From: a virus
Length of the DNA stretch: 39,246 nt
Virus record (IMG/VR): IMGVR_UViG_3300045988_059661
Strand: one strand, 5' to 3'
This document shows, in pieces, positions 17,292 to 27,220 of the stretch. The notes under the pieces were generated by a model that was not told where the DNA came from, made no database searches, and saw nothing but the letters and a program-made list of their open reading frames with translations. The position numbers and the translations under genes were made by a program. How positions within the stretch are numbered: the stretch's first letter is position 1; every line of letters starts with the position of its first letter.

Positions 17292-17519
17292 TTATTCATT
17301 TACGGACTTTTGCACCAGGTGTGTAAGTGCATCGCTTAACACCTTATCCACTTCGTCCGCTCCGTATAACTGACCGGGATTCAATACAGTATCAAGAATA
17401 TCTCGATACCGCTTAAATCGGTCAGATTGTAATATAGTCACCTTATCGAACCGTTCGACGATGCTCTTCGGCTCTTCCTTTACGGCGACTTCTGTGTTTT
17501 TATTGGTCGCTGTTTCCAT
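17292..17519 (-). CDS. Hypothetical neck/tail protein (75 aa)
   Basis: AGGAGT RBS; synteny. Confidence 0.45.
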   Translation of the reverse strand: METATNKNTEVAVKEEPKSIVERFDKVTILQSDRFKRYRDILDTVLNPGQLYGADEVDKVLSDALTHLVQKSVNE

Positions 17520-17952
17520 TTTTAACTCCTTCCGTGATTCCGATTTGATGCATCGCCTCTTGTCGTTTCCAGGATTTACGTCGTATCTCTTCCAGGGTCA
17601 ATAAGAAATGTATCACGCCGTCCGTCACCTTATACGAACGCTTTTTACTTCTCATCAGTTGGCCGTCGACTGTTATGTACTCTAAGGCTGAATACAGTCG
17701 TTCGCCCACGTCGTGAAGTTCGCCTCGCACGTCCTCCGGTAGGTCCTCTTCGTTAAGAAAGTAGAGTATCTCGAAGTCGTTCGTCCGGTCGTACAGGCTA
17801 GAAACGTGCAAATCCTCGGACGAATTTACCAAGCTAATATAAAAGCACGGGAATTCTGCCCCGTTCTCCTTGAATTCGAGGTATACCGGCTGCCCTGTTT
17901 CCTTGTGTACGGCCGTCGCAATGCCCGTAATAATGTTACTTATCGAGTTCAC
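17500..17952 (-). CDS. Hypothetical tail-completion protein (150 aa)
   Basis: GTG start after GAGGGGG; synteny (XkdH/I/J region). Confidence 0.5.
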   Translation of the reverse strand: MNSISNIITGIATAVHKETGQPVYLEFKENGAEFPCFYISLVNSSEDLHVSSLYDRTNDFEILYFLNEEDLPEDVRGELHDVGERLYSALEYITVDGQLMRSKKRSYKVTDGVIHFLLTLEEIRRKSWKRQEAMHQIGITEGVKNGNSDQ

Positions 17953-18475
17953 GCAGATACCCCCTCATCGCACTGTTTAATAACTTATTCCCGTTACGTT
18001 CGACGAAATTTTCGGCCTTCTCTTGCATGTGCAAGCCTTCAACCCAAGGTTTCTTGAGTCTTGCCCCGTGTACCACGCCGCCAATCGGAGTGCCAAGCAT
18101 CGGAACATATCGTCCAACTTCCTGCCGATGTCCGTCGTTTAAAAACGATGCATATTTAGATAGGTTATACACCCTTGCAAATGCTGTCGTTCCTACAACT
18201 TTCGCTGAGTTCACACGCCACGCGTTCCGTGTCTGTTGCGTGTTGTAATGATACGTTATGTACTTTGCCTGCCCGTTTCTATCCTTGCCGGCAAAGGCTT
18301 TGACTGATCCACGTTTACCAACGGGCGTGTTTTTCTTCGCTTCACGGATATAAGCCGCTGCCATTTTGTTCACACCGGCCTGCAAAACGCCTTGTACTTG
18401 TGTGGCGTTCCCGAGCTTCTTAAGTCTTGCGGAGAAATCCTCAAACTCGCTTATATCAAATTCAACCTTAGCCAT
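17936..18475 (-). CDS. HK97-gp10-like tail-component protein
   Basis: 179 aa; start overlaps the upstream stop. Confidence 0.65.
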   Translation of the reverse strand: MAKVEFDISEFEDFSARLKKLGNATQVQGVLQAGVNKMAAAYIREAKKNTPVGKRGSVKAFAGKDRNGQAKYITYHYNTQQTRNAWRVNSAKVVGTTAFARVYNLSKYASFLNDGHRQEVGRYVPMLGTPIGGVVHGARLKKPWVEGLHMQEKAENFVERNGNKLLNSAMRGYLRELDK

Positions 18476-18846
18476 TATCGCTTCTCCAGTAATTCGAGTT
18501 GAATTTCCTGATGAGTATCGTATTGTGCCGGAGTAGATGCCGCCTTGTACCAGATCACCTCTTCGTTGTGCGATACAGCGATGCGTGACCCCTTCGGAAT
18601 CTTCGCATCCGGATATGTAAACAGCACGATCGACTGAGTGAAGGATGCTACCCCTTCACCCGTTCCGGTCGTGCTTGTCTTATACGATATACGGCAAGGG
18701 TATATGCCCGTGTTCTTCGGCTTAGACGTAACGATGCCCGTGGCTTCATCTTGCTTGCTCACGTCGGCATACACGAACGCACTCATCTCGTACATTTTTT
18801 CAAGCTGTTGCCTCGCTCGTCTTACCATTTCAGCCGTCGGTAACAC
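18475..18846 (-). CDS. Head closure / head-tail adaptor protein
   Basis: 123 aa; GTG start after AAGGGGG. Confidence 0.6.
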   Translation of the reverse strand: MLPTAEMVRRARQQLEKMYEMSAFVYADVSKQDEATGIVTSKPKNTGIYPCRISYKTSTTGTGEGVASFTQSIVLFTYPDAKIPKGSRIAVSHNEEVIWYKAASTPAQYDTHQEIQLELLEKR

Positions 18847-19196
18847 GCTAATTCCCCCTTGCCGTAATTCGTTAATACATCTGCCAATGCAGTCAGACGC
18901 ACGGACAAAGACTCGCCGTTAAACTCGATTTTCGTATCGCCAATTTCGATTGATTTCGCCATATCATCGGCATCCCCAAGAATATTTTTCCCCTGTATTT
19001 TGATCAGCTCTCCAAGTGTTCGATATATGACGACTCTCTCAAGTTCGACAGGAACCTCTGCCTGATTTATATCATTGAGTATGCTCCGTTCGACAACCTC
19101 GGAAATATAATCAATCGAGGTTTCAAGGGCGGCAACATCCGGGCATCCGGTCAAATCTTCGGCAAGCGTGATAACTTTCTCCGTGTACTTATTCAT
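18822..19196 (-). CDS. gp6-like head-tail connector protein
   Basis: 124 aa; AAGAAGG RBS. Confidence 0.65.
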   Translation of the reverse strand: MNKYTEKVITLAEDLTGCPDVAALETSIDYISEVVERSILNDINQAEVPVELERVVIYRTLGELIKIQGKNILGDADDMAKSIEIGDTKIEFNGESLSVRLTALADVLTNYGKGELACYRRLKW

Positions 19197-19389
19197 CGGC
19201 CTGGGCCTTCTTTTGGTTTGTTTTTTTTGTCGTCTTTACTTGAGTGGCTTGTGCATCTTCATCGGCCTGCACTTCTTCCGTCAAAGGCTCTTCCTCCTGA
19301 ACGTCCACGTTCTCGGTGTTCATCACTTCCGACTGCTCCATGTCTATATCTGCGGCCGCTTCTCGGTGCCGCCTAATAAGCATACCCAT
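19189..19389 (-). CDS. Small acidic protein (66 aa) downstream of the capsid gene
   Basis: GGAGGGG RBS; Glu/Asp/Gln-rich. Confidence 0.45.
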   Translation of the reverse strand: MGMLIRRHREAAADIDMEQSEVMNTENVDVQEEEPLTEEVQADEDAQATQVKTTKKTNQKKAQADE

Positions 19390-19404
19390 TGATACCCCTC
19401 CTTG

Positions 19405-20265
19405 TTATACGGCTTTGAATGTCATTTTTAAGACTTTAGCCGGATTCGTCAATCCTACTGCGTAATGTTCTGCCGCCGAAATAACCGTTGTTTTTGCCAA
19501 AATATCACGGTCCGTTTCAACGTCGGCGGCTTTCTTAACGTAAATCGTCACTGCCGGCATTACGGGCTGTCCGTCTGTTGCTGCTGCACTCATCTGTACC
19601 ATGAAATTGGTGAAGTTGCCCCCGGCTTTCGGTACACGACGGGATACAATGACTTCGCAACCGCAAATAGATCCGATTGCTCCGGTCATCATCAAATCGC
19701 CGCCGTATTTAGTCTTGTCAATAAAAGCGGGGTCCTTACGGATTTTCGACAACTGTTCGGGATGAATGAACAGCACCTTGGATACGTCGCTTTCTTCTGC
19801 GAATTTATCGACCCCGTTTACAATCCCTTCATACGAAATTTCATTCGTATCCGTAACCGTAAGCGTTGTCGTTCCCAACGCCGTTACAATATCTTCATCG
19901 ACCTTGCTTGCGATAGACATCAACAGCTGACGCTGTGTTTCGCCGACCGGGTCGCCGTATCCGGATAAAGCCGCTTCGTCTGTAATTTCTGCCGCTTTAC
20001 CGACTTTCTTTACGGATACTTTTGCCGTGCTTGCTTCAAGTTTAGATACATCGATTGCAGCACCTTCGGCCACGTCCTGTGCATCGCCAATGTACTTAAA
20101 CGCCGGAATCGTGATAGTGCTTCCGGGCCGACCTTCAAGAGTGTTGTCGATTTTACAAATTTGCGTAAATTTGATTGCTTTCGGCAAGCCGGCTGCAATC
20201 ATATCCCCCATAACCTCGGGATTAACAAGGTTTGCTAATTTTGTTGCGTTTGCACTTGTAGGCAT
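19405..20265 (-). CDS. Major capsid protein
   Basis: 286 aa from ATG 20265 (GGAGGAGA RBS), directly after the scaffold gene. Confidence 0.8.
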   Translation of the reverse strand: MPTSANATKLANLVNPEVMGDMIAAGLPKAIKFTQICKIDNTLEGRPGSTITIPAFKYIGDAQDVAEGAAIDVSKLEASTAKVSVKKVGKAAEITDEAALSGYGDPVGETQRQLLMSIASKVDEDIVTALGTTTLTVTDTNEISYEGIVNGVDKFAEESDVSKVLFIHPEQLSKIRKDPAFIDKTKYGGDLMMTGAIGSICGCEVIVSRRVPKAGGNFTNFMVQMSAAATDGQPVMPAVTIYVKKAADVETDRDILAKTTVISAAEHYAVGLTNPAKVLKMTFKAV

Positions 20266-20269
20266 GTTG

Positions 20270-20881
20270 TTATTCTCCTCCGTTCGTAAACTGGTCGTAC
20301 AGTTCTTTATCTTCGTTATATAACTTGACTCGTTCACCATACGACATTTTGTTGAATTGTTCTTTTGTTACGCCTCCGTTCGGCTTGTTACCGCCAGGGT
20401 TTCCAGGCGTTGCCCCTTTGACGTTCGGCTTATCGTCACCGAAGAGATACCCGGCCTCCGTTACGAGCTTCTCAATCTGCTTGTCGAGGCCCTTGATTTT
20501 CCCGTCTTCAACCTCGGTATTGTTAAGGTCGAGCAAAGCACGCACGGCCTTTACGCTCTTAGCCTTTGCGGTCAATAAAGCACGGTCGACAATCCCGTCG
20601 ATTTCCATGTTTTTAACCTTCTGTGCATACTCCTTTTCACGGGCTTCGCTTTGCTTTTTGAGTTCCTCAATTTGCTTGCTCAAATCCTCGTTACCTTTGG
20701 CTTTTTCCTTCAAGCCGTCCAGTTCCGTTTTGATTTGTGCAAGTTCTGTTTTGGCTGCCTTCTTCTCTTCGTTCGTTGCGTTGAATTGTGCTTTCGATAC
20801 GTAATTCTTCCCGTAATCTTCCACAATCTTATCCGCAGCTTCGTCCGTTACGCCTAACGCCTTTAATTCTTCTTTTGTCAT
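20270..20881 (-). CDS. Scaffolding protein
   Basis: 203 aa, highly charged coiled coil (KEK/ELK repeats); GGAAGGAG RBS. Confidence 0.8.
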   Translation of the reverse strand: MTKEELKALGVTDEAADKIVEDYGKNYVSKAQFNATNEEKKAAKTELAQIKTELDGLKEKAKGNEDLSKQIEELKKQSEAREKEYAQKVKNMEIDGIVDRALLTAKAKSVKAVRALLDLNNTEVEDGKIKGLDKQIEKLVTEAGYLFGDDKPNVKGATPGNPGGNKPNGGVTKEQFNKMSYGERVKLYNEDKELYDQFTNGGE

Positions 20882-20974
20882 CCTTATGACTCCTTCCTGT
20901 TACGCTTTATTTTCGAGTGCTACACCACTCGTTACGGTCTTGTTCTTTTTCGCCTGCAATACTAAAAAGGCATG

Positions 20975-21001
20975 AAAAAAGCACCCACGATTGTGAGTGC
21001 T
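20975..21001 (-). terminator. Rho-independent terminator inside the head-gene cluster, downstream of the 21017-21403 gene
   Basis: Minus strand AGCACTCACAATCGTGGGTGCT followed by UUUUU. Confidence 0.6.
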
Positions 21002-21016
21002 GAAATAAATATTGAA

Positions 21017-21403
21017 TTAAAACTCGTTTATTAACTTTCGGGCTTCCTCGGTTGTGCATTGCACCTCGAATTTACATTCACCCTTCATTTCGGGATCCCA
21101 TTCCGACATCAACAGGCAGCGATTGAAAAACAGTTCTTCGATAAACCCGTCTTGCCGCAAGGCCTCGCCCTTAAACTGCACCAACGATACCCGTTCATCA
21201 ATAGTGTTTGCCAGATTATCGAACGTGACCAACACAGTCAAATACCGCCTGTCGACCTTTGTGCCGCCAATCATCGGCAATTTGGATACACTCTTGCACA
21301 CTTCGATACGAGCCTTGCAATCGGCCAGCTTGTACCGTGACTCGCCGCGCACGACATATAAAGTGCCGTTATCGATGAATATGCTTTTGGTCGTTTTTTC
21401 CAT
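21017..21403 (-). CDS. Hypothetical protein (128 aa) between the MuF-like and scaffold genes
   Basis: ATG 21403 after GGGAGGTG; no recognisable domain; followed by its own terminator. Confidence 0.55.
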   Translation of the reverse strand: MEKTTKSIFIDNGTLYVVRGESRYKLADCKARIEVCKSVSKLPMIGGTKVDRRYLTVLVTFDNLANTIDERVSLVQFKGEALRQDGFIEELFFNRCLLMSEWDPEMKGECKFEVQCTTEEARKLINEF

Positions 21404-21576
21404 TATATTCACCTCCCGTGTACCAAAACCTACATAAATAGGTGCTTTAAGCTTTGCGAATCTCATTAATATACTTTTCAAACGTCTTGCTTCGTTCTTC
21501 CCATTCACGGTACTCTTTCGTATTACCGTAGGGACAAGGCATTTCTCCAGGCCACATCGCTACTTTTACTTGTTTT

Positions 21577-23229
21577 TTATTTTTTTGGTTTTGTTCTTTC
21601 ATATTCCCACCCGTATTTTTCAGCCATCCTTGTAGTGATTTTATGACTAATAGCTTGCCATATCGCTTGCTCGCTAAACCCTGCCGCAGTCATCCGTTCG
21701 TAGAACCCTTTATACTCCCATTTTACTTGTTCGTATATCGCCTTAATTTCGGCTGGGTAGGGGCGGTCTCCAGCACCTATGGATACTTTGTATTTGATTC
21801 CATTATGCCCAATCACAAGCATCTTGTCAATACTCTCGAAATCACACATAACGATCAAGTCATCGGGCGAAAAGGACGAGCTGCGTGGATGATTATGAAC
21901 GCAATCCACTGATTTTGCGGGGAGCTTCTCTAAAAATCGCACCAATTCAGGAGGAAACACAACCGAACTACTATCTCCGCTTAAATCAGGATACGCCACG
22001 TCTCCTTTTTTATCTCTCCAAAATAACCCCTCGGTTCCGGTTCTCTTACCATGAGATAAGGCCTTTTGGTATGCGTTTTCAATCCCCGCCTCATAACTTC
22101 CCATTTGCTTTACATGCGCCTGTGAGGTTTTACCCTCGTTGGGTGGCGTGTCTTTTCCCCTATCATCTATGCGACCTTCGCTTATATACCGCTTTTCCCA
22201 CTCACCATAATCAAGTTCACCCTCAACGAATACCGTTTTACCCGTCTTCGGATCCCTTGCGGCCCTTGTTCCGTTTCCGGCAATATCGGCAAGATCATCG
22301 CCTAAATACGGAACCGTCGTGCTTCTACAATGACAGTGAAACGGCGGTATTGTAATCCCGGGTTTTGCATCCTTACGTTGTACGATTTTACCGTCCATAC
22401 GACGACAGATAGGGCTTGTCTTGCTATCGAGTGTGGCCAATATCTCCACAGCGTCAACGTCAAGTTCGGCCATGCAGTCCATAAACGCTTGCGAATGTAC
22501 CCGTGCGAGCTCCGTTTCGACCAGTCTATTGGCGTTGCTATACGACGTATTCATATTTTTTACAATGGCCTTCGATATATCGGCCGTGCCTTGGCCTATT
22601 ATCATCGCCTGTGTAAATTCGCTTTGCATTGTCTTAGCCAACTTCTTACGGTTGTCCCATATGCGTTCGGAGAAGTCTTTGCCGTCAGGCGCCCACGGCG
22701 AATGAATAATGCGTTGTACAGTGTTCGGATCTACTTGTCCATATTTACCATACTCGCCTTTCATTGTCTGCGTTAAATGTGCAGTATGATAATTCGTACT
22801 TTCATATACCTTATTCAGTAGATCCGATATATCGGCGTCTTGAGTCTTTGCCCACCGTTCAAGCTCGTGCACGGTGTTGATATATAACTCCTGCTCACGG
22901 TCAAGACGTTTACGAATAGACGCCTGCTTTAACATTCGCTTATACTCATCCGATAGCCCCTCTTGCTCGGCCTGTCGGCGATATTCTTCAAGCGTCATCT
23001 TGAAGGCCTTTAACTCCCTCGCATTTAACTCTTTACGAGCATCGGCAAGGCTTATACCGTTCTCATCGGCATACCGCTGATACCAGTCGTTTACGTTCTT
23101 CTCCATGCGCCTGATGATTATATCGGCCTGTTTCCGCAAGTTTCGGCTTGTCATCTTACCAAGCCCAAAGGCTCGTTCGGATTCGTCTTCGTACCGCTTA
23201 GCCCAGTAATTACTCGGCATGGCCATCAC
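21577..23229 (-). CDS. Head morphogenesis protein (SPP1 gp7/Mu F-like) fused to a C-terminal RadC-like JAB/MPN-type domain
   Basis: 550 aa; C-terminal motif VDCVHNHPRSSSFSPDDL matches HNHP-x5-6-S-x2-D of RadC/JAB; start GTG 23229 or ATG 23226. Confidence 0.75.
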   Translation of the reverse strand: MMAMPSNYWAKRYEDESERAFGLGKMTSRNLRKQADIIIRRMEKNVNDWYQRYADENGISLADARKELNARELKAFKMTLEEYRRQAEQEGLSDEYKRMLKQASIRKRLDREQELYINTVHELERWAKTQDADISDLLNKVYESTNYHTAHLTQTMKGEYGKYGQVDPNTVQRIIHSPWAPDGKDFSERIWDNRKKLAKTMQSEFTQAMIIGQGTADISKAIVKNMNTSYSNANRLVETELARVHSQAFMDCMAELDVDAVEILATLDSKTSPICRRMDGKIVQRKDAKPGITIPPFHCHCRSTTVPYLGDDLADIAGNGTRAARDPKTGKTVFVEGELDYGEWEKRYISEGRIDDRGKDTPPNEGKTSQAHVKQMGSYEAGIENAYQKALSHGKRTGTEGLFWRDKKGDVAYPDLSGDSSSVVFPPELVRFLEKLPAKSVDCVHNHPRSSSFSPDDLIVMCDFESIDKMLVIGHNGIKYKVSIGAGDRPYPAEIKAIYEQVKWEYKGFYERMTAAGFSEQAIWQAISHKITTRMAEKYGWEYERTKPKK

Positions 23230-24613
23230 CTATATAATCGGGTTCGTTTGTCGCCTTTTCAGCCTCTAACTGCTTCATTTCCTCGGCCACATCTTTTACC
23301 CACGGGTGATTAGTAAGAATGGTTTCATTGCTGATAACGCCTACGGAGTTGCGGCAATTCGTAATAATATCGCCCTCGTTCATCGGCAAATCACGATTAA
23401 ACGTAAAATCGACATCCTCAACAGCCTTTTTGCCGCTTAAGCCCCTATAGGTATTGACGAACCATAACATCCGGTCGAGCCCTTCACGAATGCCCATTTC
23501 CATTTCGTTTGCGTCGAGGTCAATATCCGAATACATCGACGTTATATTCATCTGATTCGGGTTGTTACTCATGCGATCATCTCTATTATCGAACCCTCGG
23601 CCATTCTCGATGATTGCCTTCTTGAGCAACTTAATAATGACCTCGTAGTTATTTGCGTTCACCTCAATATGAAGGGCTTCCACGCCACCTTCTACCCCGT
23701 CGACTGTCCGGACCTTAATTGCTCCGTATTGTGCTAGGTTAGCCCGAAAACTGTCAAGCTCGGTACCGTCGTAGTTCTTGATGATGAGTATAGTACTGCG
23801 GATGTCTTCTTGCATATTGTCCGCATAATTCGACAGCATCGTATTAAGTGCGTCCTGCAAGCTCTTCACTTTGGCAATTAACGGCTGCTCTTCTTCATTC
23901 ATGCGAAAGGCGATGAGCGGTACGTTATCCCAGTTGTACGGCTTATCATTAATGGCGAAATTCGCCGTGCTTTCACGGTCTCGGTCATCGGCAAGACTGC
24001 CATTTTCATACACGTAATACTGAACGCCCGTACGGTCGTAAAATTCAACCTTGGTCATTCTGCGGTCCATAATTCCCTCATACACGTCAATCTCGTATAC
24101 ATAAGCAAAGGCATCGAGCCGCTCCCGTTCCTCATCACTCCAAAACGGTAATACTTGCTCAGGCTTCATACGCTTAAACCGCAATGCTCCTGATTCGTCG
24201 ATATACGGATGCAGATACCCAACGCCACCGGTCAATATGTCTTTCCCTACACTCTTAAGCTTACGCCGTACACTCGACGTAAAGACGTCTTTTATGTCCT
24301 CATCGTCCGTTTCTACGACGAACGGTTTTGCCAGTAAGTAATTCACTTTCTGATCAACAAGGTCATCGAAACGATTGTCCACGATTTTATTGTTAGGCAA
24401 ATTGGCCAGCACCACCGTTTTGCCACCCGTGTCAGTTACGGCTCGAGTCTTATGTAATATATCCTGCTCGCCTTGGTAATACCGGCGGCCTGTTATCATA
24501 GCCTTGCGTTCCTTGCTACTCATCCACTTTTGTAACTCACGACTCAAAAACTGCCGCTTACTCATCGGTGCATTATCACGCAACGCTCGATTTATTATGT
24601 CAGTCCAAAACAT
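23210..24613 (-). CDS. Portal protein (SPP1-type)
   Basis: About 467 aa; ATG 24613 after GGGGGT; between TerL and MuF. Confidence 0.85.
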   Translation of the reverse strand: MFWTDIINRALRDNAPMSKRQFLSRELQKWMSSKERKAMITGRRYYQGEQDILHKTRAVTDTGGKTVVLANLPNNKIVDNRFDDLVDQKVNYLLAKPFVVETDDEDIKDVFTSSVRRKLKSVGKDILTGGVGYLHPYIDESGALRFKRMKPEQVLPFWSDEERERLDAFAYVYEIDVYEGIMDRRMTKVEFYDRTGVQYYVYENGSLADDRDRESTANFAINDKPYNWDNVPLIAFRMNEEEQPLIAKVKSLQDALNTMLSNYADNMQEDIRSTILIIKNYDGTELDSFRANLAQYGAIKVRTVDGVEGGVEALHIEVNANNYEVIIKLLKKAIIENGRGFDNRDDRMSNNPNQMNITSMYSDIDLDANEMEMGIREGLDRMLWFVNTYRGLSGKKAVEDVDFTFNRDLPMNEGDIITNCRNSVGVISNETILTNHPWVKDVAEEMKQLEAEKATNEPDYIGDGHAE

Positions 24614-24614
24614 T

Positions 24615-25886
24615 CTATACCCCCAAATCAAAAGAGAACCGCTCTACCCCAATATCTTCACAGGCATACCGCATAGCATCCATTAAGTGATTGTTATTGT
24701 CTTCCGGCTTCCCCGTATATCTATCAAAACGGTCTTTCGCCCATTGATACACACTTATTTCTTGTAAGAAGTTCACACACCTAGGGTGAATTATTAGCTC
24801 GTAGTTTTGTATTCTCTGGATCCCATTTAATATACTGTCCTTACCTTTTCGGGATTTCACAATTCGGGATATCCCTGCCTGGTACAATTCTTCAATACTC
24901 TTAGGCTCGGCTGCGTCGGCCCGTATTCGCTCTTTAGCATAACCCATACTTTCGATGCGCTTAGCTAATTGCTGATTGGTTAGCCCTGTTTGATACAACT
25001 CATCGAACACATATATTTTTTTATTCTTCTGATTCACTACTGAACAGAATAATGCAGCAGGATCCGTTGTATACCCGAAGTCCAAACCGAAGGCAGCTTC
25101 TACCCCTTCTTGATTTCTAATTTCATCACAGTCAAACACTTGTTCCTTCCAGTTTTCATATACAAGCCCATCAACAACGCCCCAATCACCCTCACCTGCA
25201 ACAGCGTAGCGCCTTGGGTTCTTCTTCATTTCTTCAAACAGAAGTAAATCCGATTGGCTTAGGAACTCATTACATCGATAATTCGTTGTCATTGCCAACA
25301 CGTTCGGGTTGGGAGTGTCAAAGAACCGTTTCTTCAACCAGTGCCTATCAGACCAAGGATTGAACGTTAAAACGACCTGATGATACATCCCTTCGGGCAA
25401 TTGCCCACGAATGCTTTCATCAAGTCGGTTAAAGTCATCCTCTTTTGTTATCTCATACGCTTCCTCAATCCAGAGTCTGCACAAGCAACCTGAATCAACG
25501 GTAATAGACGTAACTTTCAGCGGATCGTCAAGACCCCTAAACAGGATTTTCTGTCCTGTCGGAATGTAAGTAATCTCTAACGGCGATACGCTGCACCTAA
25601 AATACTTTTCAACGTGCAGCTTTCGCATAGCCCATTTAAGCTGTGCAAAACAGCTATCCCGAAGTGTTCGTTCCGTCTTACGTACTACAAACCAATTAAT
25701 AACAGGATTGCTCACAATCTCATATATAACTCGTAATGACTGCGTGGATGATTTCTTACTGGCACGACTCCCCTTAACTACTTTGTAACGGCCTTTAAAC
25801 CGCCAAAACTCACCATAGCCTTTTCCCACTATATCGGCAATATTCACGACGTCGTAATTAGTCTGCAACGTCATCACCACCGACAA
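24615..25886 (-). CDS. Terminase large subunit
   Basis: 423 aa; ATPase/nuclease architecture; follows TerS. Confidence 0.9.
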   Translation of the reverse strand: MSVVMTLQTNYDVVNIADIVGKGYGEFWRFKGRYKVVKGSRASKKSSTQSLRVIYEIVSNPVINWFVVRKTERTLRDSCFAQLKWAMRKLHVEKYFRCSVSPLEITYIPTGQKILFRGLDDPLKVTSITVDSGCLCRLWIEEAYEITKEDDFNRLDESIRGQLPEGMYHQVVLTFNPWSDRHWLKKRFFDTPNPNVLAMTTNYRCNEFLSQSDLLLFEEMKKNPRRYAVAGEGDWGVVDGLVYENWKEQVFDCDEIRNQEGVEAAFGLDFGYTTDPAALFCSVVNQKNKKIYVFDELYQTGLTNQQLAKRIESMGYAKERIRADAAEPKSIEELYQAGISRIVKSRKGKDSILNGIQRIQNYELIIHPRCVNFLQEISVYQWAKDRFDRYTGKPEDNNNHLMDAMRYACEDIGVERFSFDLGV

Positions 25887-26292
25887 TCATAATCGGGTTG
25901 ACTTCAATCGCCGTATCGGCACTAAACAAATTGTTTCGTTTACCGATAAGCTCTAAGGCCTTCAGCTGGGCCCTGGCATCAACATGCTTTTTAATGATTC
26001 GTGCACGGCTGCATCCTTCTCCCGTACCCTCCACCACAACGACCTCTTCTTTAACCTCACCCCGAGCCAATGCCGCCAGTCGACCTTCGACTTCTGCGAT
26101 GCTCATGATTCGGTCTCTAAAGAACTCTTCTTGTAGTTCTTTAACACGGTTTTTAATTTCAACTTTTTTCAACAGTCGTGAACCTATCGAATAAGCCGTT
26201 AACTCACTATATCCGGCTCGGATAGCGGCCTGAGTCGCATTTAAATCCACCAGATACTCGATACAGAATTTTTCTTGTCTCTTATTCAACAT
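25858..26292 (-). CDS. Terminase small subunit
   Basis: MLNKRQEKFCIEYLVDLNATQAAIRAGYSELTAYSIGSRLLKK is a Terminase_2-type HTH. Confidence 0.85.
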   Translation of the reverse strand: MLNKRQEKFCIEYLVDLNATQAAIRAGYSELTAYSIGSRLLKKVEIKNRVKELQEEFFRDRIMSIAEVEGRLAALARGEVKEEVVVVEGTGEGCSRARIIKKHVDARAQLKALELIGKRNNLFSADTAIEVNPIMIVGGDDVAD

Positions 26293-26305
26293 GTAACCGC
26301 TATCG

Positions 26306-26473
26306 TCACCTCCTTGGGGTGCCGTATTTGGAACGATTCATAACATGCTTGGCTGCAACGAAACATTTACACGTGCCGGTTCCGCCGATATGTATTTTGT
26401 TAGCAGAGCAAAATCCTTTAGAGTTGTTCAGGCAGGAACGACGGCAGCACTGAATTTCCGTTTTACACGTCAT
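26306..26473 (-). CDS. Small Cys-rich basic protein (55 aa), possible zinc ribbon
   Basis: ATG 26473 after GGAGG at 5-nt spacing; 8 Cys in 55 aa; between the terminator and terS. Confidence 0.4.
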   Translation of the reverse strand: MTCKTEIQCCRRSCLNNSKGFCSANKIHIGGTGTCKCFVAAKHVMNRSKYGTPRR

Positions 26474-26496
26474 AAAGCCTCCAAATACAGGCACGT

Positions 26497-26523
26497 AAAA
26501 AGGACGCCCTATTAGGACGTCCT
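26497..26523 (-). terminator. Rho-independent terminator downstream of the membrane-protein gene
   Basis: Minus strand AGGACGTCCTAATAGGGCGTCCT followed by UUUUU. Confidence 0.65.
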
Positions 26524-26540
26524 GAAATATAACTTATATT

Positions 26541-27167
26541 TTAATTAAAAATGTTGAGCCCCTCTGCGCAAAAATAAATTCCCCCAAAGGTTAACCCGTA
26601 CGCAATAACACATATCACTATCGCCACATTTCTAGCCATATTTCCCGTTATCCGGCCTTTGGGTTCATTAGAACAATCATCTCCTTGGCTAACCAACCCC
26701 TGTTCATATTCTTGAGCAAATGCAGACTGACTTATGTAAGACGCCCCATAGCAAAGGCTAGCCGCCACCGCACCCAAACCAAACATGACCAATGCCTTCC
26801 AAAGATGCACATATAGTCCTGCCAATAGGGGATCTGTTTCTGCGAATCTCAAATTATTACTAAGAAATGCAATGAAGGCAACTATTGCGCCCCCATTAAT
26901 TAGGAGGATACTTTTAAGAGTTGCGTTTGCAAAAGAAATAATAGCTTTTAAGTGTTCAGCTTGAACTTTTGTCCCGGCTTCTATAGAAGTCATGCGCCTT
27001 TGATGTTCCATTTCCATTTTGCGAAGTTCCAAGTCATCTATTTTTCGATTAACTTTTGTTGCTTCAACAATCAGGTCTTCTATATCTTGTATTGACAATG
27101 TACGTACCCCGACCGCTTTTAACCGTTCAATATTTTTTGAAAGAGCATCATATTCCACATTCATCAC
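26541..27167 (-). CDS. Membrane protein (about 208 aa): N-terminal coiled coil plus three predicted TM helices; unknown function
   Basis: Hydrophobic segments LLINGGAIVAFIAFL, LWKALVMFGLGAVAASLCYGA and VAIVICVIAYGLTFGGIYF; GAGGTG RBS; bracketed by two hairpin terminators. Confidence 0.65.
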   Translation of the reverse strand: MMNVEYDALSKNIERLKAVGVRTLSIQDIEDLIVEATKVNRKIDDLELRKMEMEHQRRMTSIEAGTKVQAEHLKAIISFANATLKSILLINGGAIVAFIAFLSNNLRFAETDPLLAGLYVHLWKALVMFGLGAVAASLCYGASYISQSAFAQEYEQGLVSQGDDCSNEPKGRITGNMARNVAIVICVIAYGLTFGGIYFCAEGLNIFN

Positions 27168-27220
27168 CTCGAATCCATAGTACCATAAATTCGAGATAAT
27201 AGCTCGCGTCCATAACGCAA

